From: an uncultured virus (IMG/VR IMGVR_UViG_3300029705_003489)
Taxonomy: Duplodnaviria; Heunggongvirae; Uroviricota; Caudoviricetes
DNA length: 64,000 nucleotides
IMG/VR virus record: IMGVR_UViG_3300029705_003489
Direction: 5' to 3' (one strand)
Shown: piece by piece, positions 39,163-49,009 of the stretch
How the letters are laid out: every line of letters starts with the position of its first letter
How positions within the stretch are numbered: the first letter of the stretch is position 1
Translations under genes and position numbers: made by a program
The notes under the pieces: generated by a model
What the model was told of the DNA's origin: nothing
Database searches by the model: none
Seen by the model: only the letters and a program-made list of their open reading frames with translations

Positions 39163-39171
39163 GAGGTTTGT

Positions 39172-39948
39172 ATGGGATTTGTTTTTGATGGAGTGTCTTC
39201 CGGGAATATGAAAATAAAAGCCAGATTAACCTCTTGGCAAATGCTCCCGGATATTCAGAATAATACACAGATGATTTCCGGAAAAGCAGGAGTGGCGGAT
39301 TATGGATGCATCAGCAAGGAGCGGATAATAAAGGTAAGCTGTAACGTATATCCGCAGAAAAATTTCAAAGCGCTGGTTAATATCCTAGATGATGTAGTGG
39401 AATGGTTAGACCCGGAAAAGGGAACCAGGCAACTAATCTTTGATGAGATACCGGACAGATACTTTATGGCAAGGCTCTATAGCAAAGTGGACTGCGAGAG
39501 AATCCTACGGTCTGCGGGTTCTTTTGAACTGACCTTTATCTGTCCAGACCCATATGCTTATGCCACTTACGAGGAAACGTATACCGTGGATGTGGCAGGT
39601 GTTACCTCGGTGTACCGCATCTTTGGAAATACAGAGTCCTATCCGGTATATCGTCTGTCCGGTGTGATTCCATCTGGGAGTGATGCCAGTATCAGTATAG
39701 GAACCAATGGTTCGATACTTCCGATTATAGGACCTCTTTCGGAAGGGGAAACACTGGTGGTGGATACCGCACTTATGGTAGCAAAAGTGGTGGATAGTGA
39801 GGGAGCAACATTAAGAAATGGACTCCCCTTGCTAAAAGCAATCAATTTCCCAGTATTAAAGAAAGAAGAGAACGAGATAACGGTTACCTGTAGCGGAGAA
39901 GTGACTTTTTCCGGATTGGTAATTGAAGCTAAGAGCAGATGGAGGTAG
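39172..39948 (+). CDS. Distal tail protein (Dit)
   Basis: LIFDEIPDRYF, F.CPDPYAY; position after tape measure gene. Confidence 0.85.
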   Translation: MGFVFDGVSSGNMKIKARLTSWQMLPDIQNNTQMISGKAGVADYGCISKERIIKVSCNVYPQKNFKALVNILDDVVEWLDPEKGTRQLIFDEIPDRYFMARLYSKVDCERILRSAGSFELTFICPDPYAYATYEETYTVDVAGVTSVYRIFGNTESYPVYRLSGVIPSGSDASISIGTNGSILPIIGPLSEGETLVVDTALMVAKVVDSEGATLRNGLPLLKAINFPVLKKEENEITVTCSGEVTFSGLVIEAKSRWR

Positions 39949-39951
39949 CGT

Positions 39952-42471
39952 ATGGCAGTAAAAAGTGTTTTGACAGACCAGACGGATTTTACGGGTGAGT
40001 TTCCTTTGTCTGTTACTATGGCAGGGCTTTGGAGATTTAACGATGCAGTCAGTGAGGAACATTATGTTAGTGATTCCTCTGCCCATGGCAGAAATATGAA
40101 GATAGTCAATTATGAAGGAACAACGGCTGCTGTTCGGGACGGAAAGATGGGAGGCTATGTCCGGTTTAATACTACAGACCCTGCAACAGAAAAGAGTTAT
40201 CTATATGTAGAAAATGACGGAAGTATCTTTAATGGCATCGGTGACACGATTGTGTGTGGAGGCTGGATAAATCCGACTACTTATGCGGTAGGCAGTACCT
40301 ATGTGCCGATTTTTAACACAAGACAGGGACCGGGAAATCCTATTTTTTATATATCTTTACTTAGAAACAAGCCGAGAATTAACCTTTATAATTCTTCCGG
40401 TACACTCATCCTTGATAAGAGTTTCACACCATCCTTTTCCATGGTAAATGGGGGATGGTATTTTATTGCCTGCGTTATCGATAAGAAAGCAAAAAAAGCG
40501 CAGTTTATCTTGGGAGATAGAAGTAATGGAGCCTGTTGGCTTTCTGATGTAGCATCATTTACCGGAACGCTAAATGAAAGTTGTACGGCAGACATTGTCA
40601 TGGGAATGCATTCAAATTCTTACTGGTGGGCAGGTGGATTTGATGATTGGTTTCTGGACTGCGATTCTTCACTTACCATAGAGGATTTAAGGCTCTATTT
40701 CTTAAAGTCAATTTGCGCCAATGGTGGAGATACCAGTGGGGCAGTGGATGCCATAATCGAGCCGGGAGTGGTTACACTAAGAACGGTGGATGGTGCTAAT
40801 TATACAAGCGGTCAGCTTACCACTATTCCTGTTCTGTTTGCGTTTACAGGAAGTGGCAGAGTTTCCATCGACTGTGAATACCGTGTAGGTGTAACTTCGG
40901 TATCCATGATAGAAACTGCATCCTCTGATGACATGCTTGTGTGGTCTGATTGGCAGATACTTGAAGGAAACGGAGAGATTGCTTCTCCAAATAAGAAGTA
41001 TGTGAAGTTCCGGATTACACTTACCAGTACAAGCAATGCTATTTCTCCGCAGCTTTTGGAAGTAAAGCTGCATGAGGTGGCAAAGTCAAACACACACAGC
41101 CTTGGCTTTGCAGTGCCTCATGTGTTGGACGGAGAAGGGAAATTGGAGGCAATTCTTGAAAATGCCTATGATGTGGTTGTTACTGGGGAGGTAAACGGTG
41201 CAGATACATTGGAATTAAAACTACCATTCCATGACCATAAGCGGGAGTATTTGGAGAATGAGAAGCAGATAAGAATTGGTGATGATTTGTACCGTATTCG
41301 TACTGTTACGGATACTAAGGAAAGCAATGGTGCTACGGTGACAGAAGTGTATGCGGAAGCAGCATTTTACGATCTTGCATTTTCTGTGGAAAAAGAGTCG
41401 GTTTCTTTTGAAGCAGCAAGGGCAGAAGATGCCATGGAATATGCCCTAAAGGACACCAACTGGAACGTTGGTACGGTTAATATCGTAACAAAGCGTACAT
41501 GGAAGTGTTCGGAGAAAAATGCGCTTGCAATCCTACGGAAAGTGCAGACTATCCATGGTGGTGATTTAGTATTTGACTGTGTAAATAAACTGGTGCATTT
41601 GTATGCGTTCTCCGGGGAAAACTCCGGTGTGCTTTTCTGCTATCAGAAGAATATGAAATCCATAAAGAAGATTGTGGATACACGAAGTCTGATTACAAGG
41701 CTTTATGCTTATGGCAGTGAGGGCAGAACCTTTGCAAGCATCAACGGTGGCAAGCCTTATGTGGAAGATTATAGCTTTACCAGTGAACTTCGAATTAACA
41801 CACTGGATTGCTCCGGCTTTACCAATCTGTATCAGATGTTTGAGTATACGAAGTCAAAACTGGAGGAGTATTCCAAACCACGAATTTCCTATGTTATGAC
41901 GGCCATGGATTTATCGGTGCTTACCGGATATGAGCATGAAACATGGAATTTGGGAGATGTAGTAACCGTGGATGATAAGGAACTTGGATTGTCCGTCCAG
42001 ACCCGCATTGTTCGTAGAAAGTATAACCTTAGAGAACCGTGGAATACGGTACTGGAACTTTCCACTACACTTAGGGAACTTGGAGATTCCACGGCTCAGT
42101 GGGATGATGCGGTGGATGCACTTGCTGCAACGAGCCTCATTAACTCACAGGACATCAAGAATATGGTTCCATTCAATCATCTTCGAAATTCCCGTGCTGA
42201 TAATGATATGGCATATTGGGAGAACTGTGGATTTGAAGTGGATACCACAAAAGGTAATTCCGGCAGTGCTTCTTTTAAATGTACAGGGGTGGCAGGAAGG
42301 ACACTCAGCATGGCGCAGACGGTCACTCCTGCCAACAGGGACTGCTATACCTTTTCCGCAGAAATTTCCACGAATGAACTGATAAAGGGTGATGCCGGAC
42401 AGGTGGGTGTGGAAATTACGATTGAATATGAGGATGGAACTACAGAAACAAGATTTGTTGATTTGTGTTAG
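39952..42471 (+). CDS. Tail spike/Tal: LamG-like N-terminus, phage tail endopeptidase-like core, partial CBM-like C-terminus
   Basis: GLWRFN, CGGWINP, WYFIAC, GGFDD; ITRLYAYG, LGDVVTV.D. Confidence 0.82.
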   Translation: MAVKSVLTDQTDFTGEFPLSVTMAGLWRFNDAVSEEHYVSDSSAHGRNMKIVNYEGTTAAVRDGKMGGYVRFNTTDPATEKSYLYVENDGSIFNGIGDTIVCGGWINPTTYAVGSTYVPIFNTRQGPGNPIFYISLLRNKPRINLYNSSGTLILDKSFTPSFSMVNGGWYFIACVIDKKAKKAQFILGDRSNGACWLSDVASFTGTLNESCTADIVMGMHSNSYWWAGGFDDWFLDCDSSLTIEDLRLYFLKSICANGGDTSGAVDAIIEPGVVTLRTVDGANYTSGQLTTIPVLFAFTGSGRVSIDCEYRVGVTSVSMIETASSDDMLVWSDWQILEGNGEIASPNKKYVKFRITLTSTSNAISPQLLEVKLHEVAKSNTHSLGFAVPHVLDGEGKLEAILENAYDVVVTGEVNGADTLELKLPFHDHKREYLENEKQIRIGDDLYRIRTVTDTKESNGATVTEVYAEAAFYDLAFSVEKESVSFEAARAEDAMEYALKDTNWNVGTVNIVTKRTWKCSEKNALAILRKVQTIHGGDLVFDCVNKLVHLYAFSGENSGVLFCYQKNMKSIKKIVDTRSLITRLYAYGSEGRTFASINGGKPYVEDYSFTSELRINTLDCSGFTNLYQMFEYTKSKLEEYSKPRISYVMTAMDLSVLTGYEHETWNLGDVVTVDDKELGLSVQTRIVRRKYNLREPWNTVLELSTTLRELGDSTAQWDDAVDALAATSLINSQDIKNMVPFNHLRNSRADNDMAYWENCGFEVDTTKGNSGSASFKCTGVAGRTLSMAQTVTPANRDCYTFSAEISTNELIKGDAGQVGVEITIEYEDGTTETRFVDLC

Positions 42472-42480
42472 GAGGCAGCT

Positions 42481-42675
42481 ATGGCAGCATTTTCTAATGT
42501 GTACCGAAAGATTGACCCATCCGTGAGAAAACGGGTAGTGTCAATCAAAATCCGAGTCTGTGTTACGGATTGTACCGGGGAATTTTATATTACGGATATG
42601 CAACTGCAGGGTGGCTCACTTCCAACCGGATGGGTAGGTCATGCAAGTGAAATACCATGGACACTGGACGGGTAG
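42481..42675 (+). CDS. Small tail protein (second half of a CBM-like beta-sandwich)
   Basis: KRVVSIKIR...DCTGEFYITDMQLQGG..PTGW; in frame with the upstream gene past its TAG. Confidence 0.7.
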   Translation: MAAFSNVYRKIDPSVRKRVVSIKIRVCVTDCTGEFYITDMQLQGGSLPTGWVGHASEIPWTLDG

Positions 42676-42682
42676 GTGGATT

Positions 42683-43258
42683 ATGGAGTTTGAACGTTAC
42701 TCGGAGTGTATCACGAAAAAAGAAGATAAGAGAGTGGTCAGCGTGACGATAAAACTGGTCATGGATGACTGCTCCGGGGAACTGTGGATTACGGACATGG
42801 CACTGACAGAGGGAGATTGCGTGTCAGGATACAGTATTAATACAAGAGAGATGCTTGAGATTTATTCCGGGGATGAAGCAGTGGAGGGTAAGCGGTTCTT
42901 TAACGGAGTTATCCGTGGAACAGATACTATTATTGTTCCGAATCTTGGTAAAACCAGTACGGGAATGGACTTTAAGGTATATCCCAAGGATGCCATGAAG
43001 GCAGGGAGCATTACCCTTGCAACCGGAACTGGAGCCCACACAGCAACTTTTACTAAGGCGGTAAATGCAGATGATACATTGGAACTTCTGGCATCCACAC
43101 GGGAGTGTTTAAAAAACGGAAAAACCACGGAGAAGAAAGGGTTCTTTCAGTATTGTGCTGCCTGCGACAGCAAACACACTGTTACAGTGGAACCGGGTAA
43201 GTCAGCAAGAATACTGGTGGAATTTCAGGAAATGCAGAATGGGAGCGAATTGGTATGA
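42683..43258 (+). CDS. Tail protein whose N-terminus is paralogous to the 42481 ORF
   Basis: KRVVSVTIK...DCSGELWITDMALTEG. Confidence 0.75.
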   Translation: MEFERYSECITKKEDKRVVSVTIKLVMDDCSGELWITDMALTEGDCVSGYSINTREMLEIYSGDEAVEGKRFFNGVIRGTDTIIVPNLGKTSTGMDFKVYPKDAMKAGSITLATGTGAHTATFTKAVNADDTLELLASTRECLKNGKTTEKKGFFQYCAACDSKHTVTVEPGKSARILVEFQEMQNGSELV

Positions 43259-45900
43259 GAGATTATTTGCAGGGTAAGAAATGCATGGTGTGGACTTTTA
43301 TGTGCAATACAAGAATGTATCAGGCACTGGAAAAGTACGGTGACCGCTTTGATACAGTAGGAGTATTTTGCTTTAAGGTAGATAAGACCGGAACCATTAC
43401 AGCAGATACCACGAACATCAATCGGATTTCTTCCTACGTGGAAAAGTGGCCACATATCAGATGGCTGCTTACCGTAGCAAATGATGGTTATGCTTCCATT
43501 TTTACTGCACTAAGGGAAAATACAGATGGCGCACAGGATATGTTTATTTCAGAAATTGTGCGCATTATGGAAGAATACCCATGGGCATCCGGTGTGGACA
43601 TCGACCTTGAAAAAGGCGGGCCTTATGAAAACAGAGAAAAAGCCAATGCGCTTTTTAAACGGATTTATGAAACCGTGAAGGAATACGATGGAGAAAAAGA
43701 AATGAATATCTGTCTGCCGGGAATGACTGGGGAGCAGGGTTCAGTTGGTGGAGAAAACTGGTGTGTATACGGTAACCTTGATGCTTACTGCGATAGTGCA
43801 GCGATTATGAGTTATGGTATGGCATGGGCAGGAAGTGCACCGGGACCGGTATCACCAAAGGACTGGCTCGATGGTATTTATGATTATGCTTCTTCGGTCA
43901 TGACACCGGGAAAGATATTTCTCGGGATGCCGGCCTACGGGTGGAACTGGAGAATACACCAAAGCCTTGAGGAGATGGGACGCTCTTACCGGGCAACATC
44001 ACAGACTTACTATGCAGCAAAGAACTGGCTGAATGGTGTGTATAATTTCACGGATGATGCACCACCGCAGCCGTTTATTCCCTTTGTCGCATATTGGGAT
44101 GATTATGACCATGTGCCATGGGCACTGCCTCATGTGTATGACTACATGGAGGGGCAGGATGCCATAGAATATGATAGTCCGATTGTTACGGATACCTACA
44201 ACAGACGAAGGTATCTTACTGTATATGCTAAAAAGCAGAAGGTAGAATTCAGTGGTGTTTATTACGAAGTAAGCGGTGGAGAGCCAACGGATAAATCCGG
44301 TTCTGTCAGTCTGGAACACACCTACGCATCCATGGGAGCAAAAGGAAAACTGGAATATGAATTTACCATTGAAGAAGATGGATGTTATGATATTCCGTTT
44401 AAGATTTGTTTTCCGTTCTGGGATAAGAACGCAATCAAATTGTCCTTGTTTGAAGTTCCACCGGAAGAGGAGGAAACCGAAGAGGGAACGGAGGATTCCG
44501 AAACGGATGGCACGGAGGAAGATGTTACCGTAGAAGAAACTGAAGAAAGCACTGATACGGAATCCGGGGAAACTACAGAAGAAGGAGCAGAAGGAGAAAT
44601 GGAAGAGGAGGAAGAACTGCCGCTTCATACCATGACTTATACGGAGGAGCGTTTGTGGTGGCCGTATTGGAGAAGTTCCTGTTGGATGTTGTTTGCTGAA
44701 TGGATTGAATTAAAAGCCGGAACATATCGTTTGGAAGTGGAAACTGTAGCAGAAGGTGTGTTGTTTTATGGATTTAAGGTTTGCGATTTCTTTTCTGAAA
44801 AAAGATACGGTGGGGAAGCAGTGTATAAACTGTCTCCAAGAAGTTTTGTTGATGTAGATGGAAATAGCTGCAAGCCTGACAAAGGTTTTCGTCTGACACC
44901 GGAAGTTCTTCGAAGAGAGCCGGATTCTGCTTTGATATGGTATGAGGATTTCAGAGACACACCGTACCTGCCACGAAGTTACTGGACTACTTATTCCGGG
45001 GAATTTAGGGTGTGGAGAAACATGGAGTCCACAAGTTCCAGACCATATTCCCAACTTGATGGTATGGGAAGAGTGGGATGGGCATATTCAAACTTTAAGG
45101 ATGTCCATATCCGGTGCAGAATAGCTTTCCCGGAAGATGGTGGCGGCAGGGCAGGGGTCTTTGTCGGTGATTTGTTTTTGTGTATCAATTATGACAGTCA
45201 GCGCTTGGAACTATATCAGGGAGAGGATTTGCTTGGTTCTTATGCAAGCACCTATGTAATGACTACGGATGATATGCTACGGGATGACCCGTCCACATAT
45301 ACTTTTGAGATGCGTATCCGTGGGGATAAGGTAAGAGTGTATTCTGGCACTGCCTACACACCACGATTTACAGCTTATGCAAATAATTTCACAGGTGGTG
45401 CAGCCGGATTCCGATCCGAGCAGCGTGCTATTTGTGAATTGCTCCGTATTGGGGATTCATGGACTTATGAACCATATGAGAGGTTTGATATCCGTTTTCC
45501 GGACGGAACAACTAAAGTGTACGGAAGAGTGGAGCGTAGCAACGTGGTCTGGGATTATGATTTTCAAGTGTTTACCGTAACAAGGGATATTGAGGAAAGT
45601 GATACACGGACGGAAGCAATCTCCATGGATTACGATTTCGTTCATTCGGACATCATGGAACTGGAATGTGGCAAAAACTACACAGTAACCGTAAAGCCAG
45701 TGGATATCAATGTGTGGATTGCAAGGCTGTTTCTTGGAGATGCAGACGGATTTTCCATTCTGTATTACCAGGATGTGGATTCCTTGGTGTACTGGTCGAA
45801 TCAAGCAGCATATAAGTGGCAGCTTAGAGGAATGGCAGTGTGGTCCTTGGGACAGGAGGATATGAGGCTTTGGGAGGCACTGCCAAAGCAAACAGAATAA
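43255..45900 (+). CDS. Glycoside hydrolase family 18 tail-associated protein with large insertions
   Basis: GVDIDLE catalytic motif, IMSYG, PGPVSP, LGMPAYG, GMAVWSLGQED. Confidence 0.87.
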   Translation: MRDYLQGKKCMVWTFMCNTRMYQALEKYGDRFDTVGVFCFKVDKTGTITADTTNINRISSYVEKWPHIRWLLTVANDGYASIFTALRENTDGAQDMFISEIVRIMEEYPWASGVDIDLEKGGPYENREKANALFKRIYETVKEYDGEKEMNICLPGMTGEQGSVGGENWCVYGNLDAYCDSAAIMSYGMAWAGSAPGPVSPKDWLDGIYDYASSVMTPGKIFLGMPAYGWNWRIHQSLEEMGRSYRATSQTYYAAKNWLNGVYNFTDDAPPQPFIPFVAYWDDYDHVPWALPHVYDYMEGQDAIEYDSPIVTDTYNRRRYLTVYAKKQKVEFSGVYYEVSGGEPTDKSGSVSLEHTYASMGAKGKLEYEFTIEEDGCYDIPFKICFPFWDKNAIKLSLFEVPPEEEETEEGTEDSETDGTEEDVTVEETEESTDTESGETTEEGAEGEMEEEEELPLHTMTYTEERLWWPYWRSSCWMLFAEWIELKAGTYRLEVETVAEGVLFYGFKVCDFFSEKRYGGEAVYKLSPRSFVDVDGNSCKPDKGFRLTPEVLRREPDSALIWYEDFRDTPYLPRSYWTTYSGEFRVWRNMESTSSRPYSQLDGMGRVGWAYSNFKDVHIRCRIAFPEDGGGRAGVFVGDLFLCINYDSQRLELYQGEDLLGSYASTYVMTTDDMLRDDPSTYTFEMRIRGDKVRVYSGTAYTPRFTAYANNFTGGAAGFRSEQRAICELLRIGDSWTYEPYERFDIRFPDGTTKVYGRVERSNVVWDYDFQVFTVTRDIEESDTRTEAISMDYDFVHSDIMELECGKNYTVTVKPVDINVWIARLFLGDADGFSILYYQDVDSLVYWSNQAAYKWQLRGMAVWSLGQEDMRLWEALPKQTE

Positions 45901-45969
45901 GAACGGGTGGAATGGATAGCTTTTGTGGCTGTCTTTTTTTCATACAAACAAAGAAGGAGGAAACGCATC

Positions 45970-46374
45970 ATGAAGAGTATTTGGAACACGGTACAGTTGG
46001 TATTTTCCGGCATCGGTGGATGGCTTGGATACTTCATGGGTGGCTATGATGGATTTCTTTACGCACTGGTGCTTTTTGTGGTTGCTGACTATATCACGGG
46101 TGTGCTTGTTGCAATTTTTGAAAAGCGGCTTTCCAGTGAAGTCGGCTTTAAGGGAATCTGCAGGAAAGCACTCATTTTCATGTTAGTGGGAATTGCAAAT
46201 GTGTTGGATATGTCGGTAATCGGTACGGGCAGTGTGCTTCGTACAGCGATTATCTTTTTTTATATTTCCAACGAGGGTGTTTCCCTGCTTGAAAATGCAG
46301 CAAAACTCGGACTGCCTATTCCGGAGAAGATTAAGGCAGTACTTGAGCAGTTAAAAGATAAGGGGGAAGAGTAG
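45970..46374 (+). CDS. Holin (toxin secretion/phage lysis family)
   Basis: DYITG...LSS.VG.KGI.RK...NEG.SLLEN...G.P.P. Confidence 0.92.
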   Translation: MKSIWNTVQLVFSGIGGWLGYFMGGYDGFLYALVLFVVADYITGVLVAIFEKRLSSEVGFKGICRKALIFMLVGIANVLDMSVIGTGSVLRTAIIFFYISNEGVSLLENAAKLGLPIPEKIKAVLEQLKDKGEE

Positions 46375-47322
46375 ATGAAGTTGGTAGAATCCATTTTAGA
46401 AAAGAATCCGTGCTATACGGCAGGAAGGAAAATTGAGGTTAAAGGTTTGATGCTTCACTCGGTTGGGTGTTCCCAGCCGAAAGCCTCTGTTTTCATTAAA
46501 TCTTGGAACAAGGAATCTTACGGACGTGCCTGCGTTCATGCTTTTATTGACGGAAACGATGGAACGGTATACCAGACACTTCCATGGAATCACAGAGGCT
46601 GGCATGGCGGCGGCGCAAGCAATAACACACATATTGGTGTGGAAATGTGTGAGCCGGCCTGTATCGATTATACAGGAAGTTTTACCATTGCCTGTTCCGA
46701 CTGGGCAAAAGCGAAGGCTGTATCTAAAAGAACCTATGATGCAGCAGTGGAGCTGTTTGCTATGCTCTGTAAGGAGTACAATTTAGACCCGCTTGCAGAT
46801 GGTGTGATTATCAGCCACACGGAAGGCTATAAGCGCGGTATTGCATCCAATCATTCTGATCCGGAACATTTATGGAAGCAACTTGAAATGGGATATACCA
46901 TGGATGGTTTTCGTGCAGATGTGGCAGAAGCAATGGCGGAAACAGCAGATGAACCAAAGCAGTGGTACCGGGTGCGTAGTTCTTGGGAGGATGCCAAGAG
47001 CCAGAAGGGAGCATATCGCATTTTGGAAAACGCCAAGAAATGTGCTGACAAGAATCCGGGATATTCTGTTTACGATGAGGAAGGAACTGTAATTTACAGT
47101 GTGGCAGCAGAACTGGAGAGCCACCTGCCGTATCTGGTGCGGGTATCGATTAAGAACCTGAACATCCGTAAGGGCCCGGGAACGGACTTCCTTCGGTATC
47201 AGTACATTCCGGTCGGTGTTTATACCATCGTGGAAGAATCGGATGGAAAGGGAGCAAGCAAGTGGGGAAAATTGAAGTCCGGTGTAGGTTGGATTTCTCT
47301 TGATCATGTAACCAAGATGTAA
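46375..47322 (+). CDS. Endolysin: N-acetylmuramoyl-L-alanine amidase + SH3b
   Basis: MLHSVG, HAFID, GWHGG, IGVEMCE, HSDP; LNIRKGPGT...WGKLKSG.GWI. Confidence 0.92.
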   Translation: MKLVESILEKNPCYTAGRKIEVKGLMLHSVGCSQPKASVFIKSWNKESYGRACVHAFIDGNDGTVYQTLPWNHRGWHGGGASNNTHIGVEMCEPACIDYTGSFTIACSDWAKAKAVSKRTYDAAVELFAMLCKEYNLDPLADGVIISHTEGYKRGIASNHSDPEHLWKQLEMGYTMDGFRADVAEAMAETADEPKQWYRVRSSWEDAKSQKGAYRILENAKKCADKNPGYSVYDEEGTVIYSVAAELESHLPYLVRVSIKNLNIRKGPGTDFLRYQYIPVGVYTIVEESDGKGASKWGKLKSGVGWISLDHVTKM

Positions 47323-47458
47323 AGCATTTTACATTGAATTACAGTAAGACAATATGATATTGTTAGGATGGAACAAGGCTCAGTAGATAAAGATTTACTG
47401 GGTCTTGTTTTTTTGACCATTTATTCCAAAGATTGTGCTTTGTACGGTCAGAAATGAC

Positions 47459-47510
47459 TTGCTATCTTTGGAATAGTATTTTAATATGTCACTACCAAAA
47501 AGGAAGGAGG
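47459..47510 (+). promoter_or_regulatory. Repeated promoter cassette, copy 5 (recombinase operon)
   Basis: TTGCTA-17-TAATAT; AATATGTCACTACCAAA shared with copy 1. Confidence 0.65.
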
Positions 47511-47518
47511 CAGATTGC

Positions 47519-49009
47519 ATGGAAATTCAAGTGATAAAACCGAGCCGGGATATTATAAAGAAGATGCGGGTATGCGCTTATGCAAGAGTATCCACATCTG
47601 ATGATGAACAGGAAAATTCACTGGAGAACCAAATGGAACATTACATGGATTTAATTAAGAGCAATCCAATGTATGAGTATGTAAAAGTGTACTATGATTT
47701 TGGTATCTCCGGTTTTAAAGAAAAACGTTCCGGCTTCCAAGAAATGATGCAGGATGCACGGAATGGAAAAATAGATTTAATTATTGTAAAGTCCATATCG
47801 AGATTTGCACGAAATACCGTCACCGTTCTGAAGGCTGCACGAGAGCTTAAAGAACTGGGTGTCGGTATTTTTTTTGAAATTCAAAACATCAATACACTGA
47901 CAGAAGCAGGGGAATTGATGCTTACGATATTATCTGCATTTGCACAGGCAGAGAGTGACAACTACAGCCAACTGACTAGAATGGGTATTCAACGCAAGTA
48001 TGAAAAGGGAGAACCGATTCGGAGGTTGGAACGCAGCTTTGGATACCGAAAGAATGAGTGTGGGGAATATGAAAAAGAGCCTGCAGAGGCACGATGGATA
48101 AAGCGTATGTATGAAATGATTGCTGACGGGTATTCTCCGGCAGAAGTAAAACGCTATCTGAATGACAATGGAGTACGGACGGTTCAGGGAAAAGAATTCT
48201 TGGATTGTACGGTTATCCGCATTATTGAAAATGAAATTTACAAGGGTGATTTTGTTATGCATAAGCACTTTGTGAATGCAGACCGAAAAGAAGTGAGGAA
48301 TAGGGGCGAAGTGGATTCTTGGTACATTCGTGATGACCATCAGCCTATCGTAAGCAGAAAACTTTGGCAGAAGGCACAGGATGCTTTGGCAGAGAAACGC
48401 GCCTATCTTGCGGAAGGCTCTGTGGTAGGAGAGAATACAGAAGAAATATACCCTTATAAAAATAAAATCTACTGCGCTACTTGTGGCCATCCGCTTTATC
48501 GCCGGGTGCATAGTTACGGAAACAGAGTAAATTGGGGATGCAGCGGGCAAAAGCGTTATAATAAAGAATTCTGTTCCGGCATTAACGTTCCGGATGCCGT
48601 TATCCGCTCTTGGGGAGAATTTGAAGGGAATATTTATATCAGCAAGGAAGAGGATTCTCTTGGGAAGGCTGAGTTTGCATTCCAAAAGGAAAGTGCATGG
48701 AAGAGGAAACACACCAAGAAAGAAATACCGGCCGTGCCTGCACTTAGCGAGGAGAATTATCCGTATTGCAAGAAAATTTTTTGCAAGAAATGTGGCAGCA
48801 GACTTACCAGAACATTTAATACTTCGGGGCAAGTGAGATGGGCTTGCCTCGGTGCCACAAAAAAAGGAATTTCATTTTGCACCGGGGTGAGGGTTCCTGA
48901 TGAAGTAGTCCGAACATGGAAATTTGAAACAGAAATACTAATTGAAGGAAAGGAAGAGAAAAATGGCAAGAAAAGTTACAGTTATACCCGCAAAACAAGC
49001 CGGAAGTAA
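47519..49009 (+). CDS. Large serine recombinase 1 (duplicated Zn-ribbon)
   Basis: YARVST, KSISRFARN, FAQAES; two YPY..KI.C..CG repeats. Confidence 0.93.
   Translation: MEIQVIKPSRDIIKKMRVCAYARVSTSDDEQENSLENQMEHYMDLIKSNPMYEYVKVYYDFGISGFKEKRSGFQEMMQDARNGKIDLIIVKSISRFARNTVTVLKAARELKELGVGIFFEIQNINTLTEAGELMLTILSAFAQAESDNYSQLTRMGIQRKYEKGEPIRRLERSFGYRKNECGEYEKEPAEARWIKRMYEMIADGYSPAEVKRYLNDNGVRTVQGKEFLDCTVIRIIENEIYKGDFVMHKHFVNADRKEVRNRGEVDSWYIRDDHQPIVSRKLWQKAQDALAEKRAYLAEGSVVGENTEEIYPYKNKIYCATCGHPLYRRVHSYGNRVNWGCSGQKRYNKEFCSGINVPDAVIRSWGEFEGNIYISKEEDSLGKAEFAFQKESAWKRKHTKKEIPAVPALSEENYPYCKKIFCKKCGSRLTRTFNTSGQVRWACLGATKKGISFCTGVRVPDEVVRTWKFETEILIEGKEEKNGKKSYSYTRKTSRK

Noticed and set aside
47930..48832. 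Long antisense ORFs (also 43999-44628, 4147-4836, 16868-17476)
   Set aside because: Opposite well-supported genes, with no recognisable motifs or RBS
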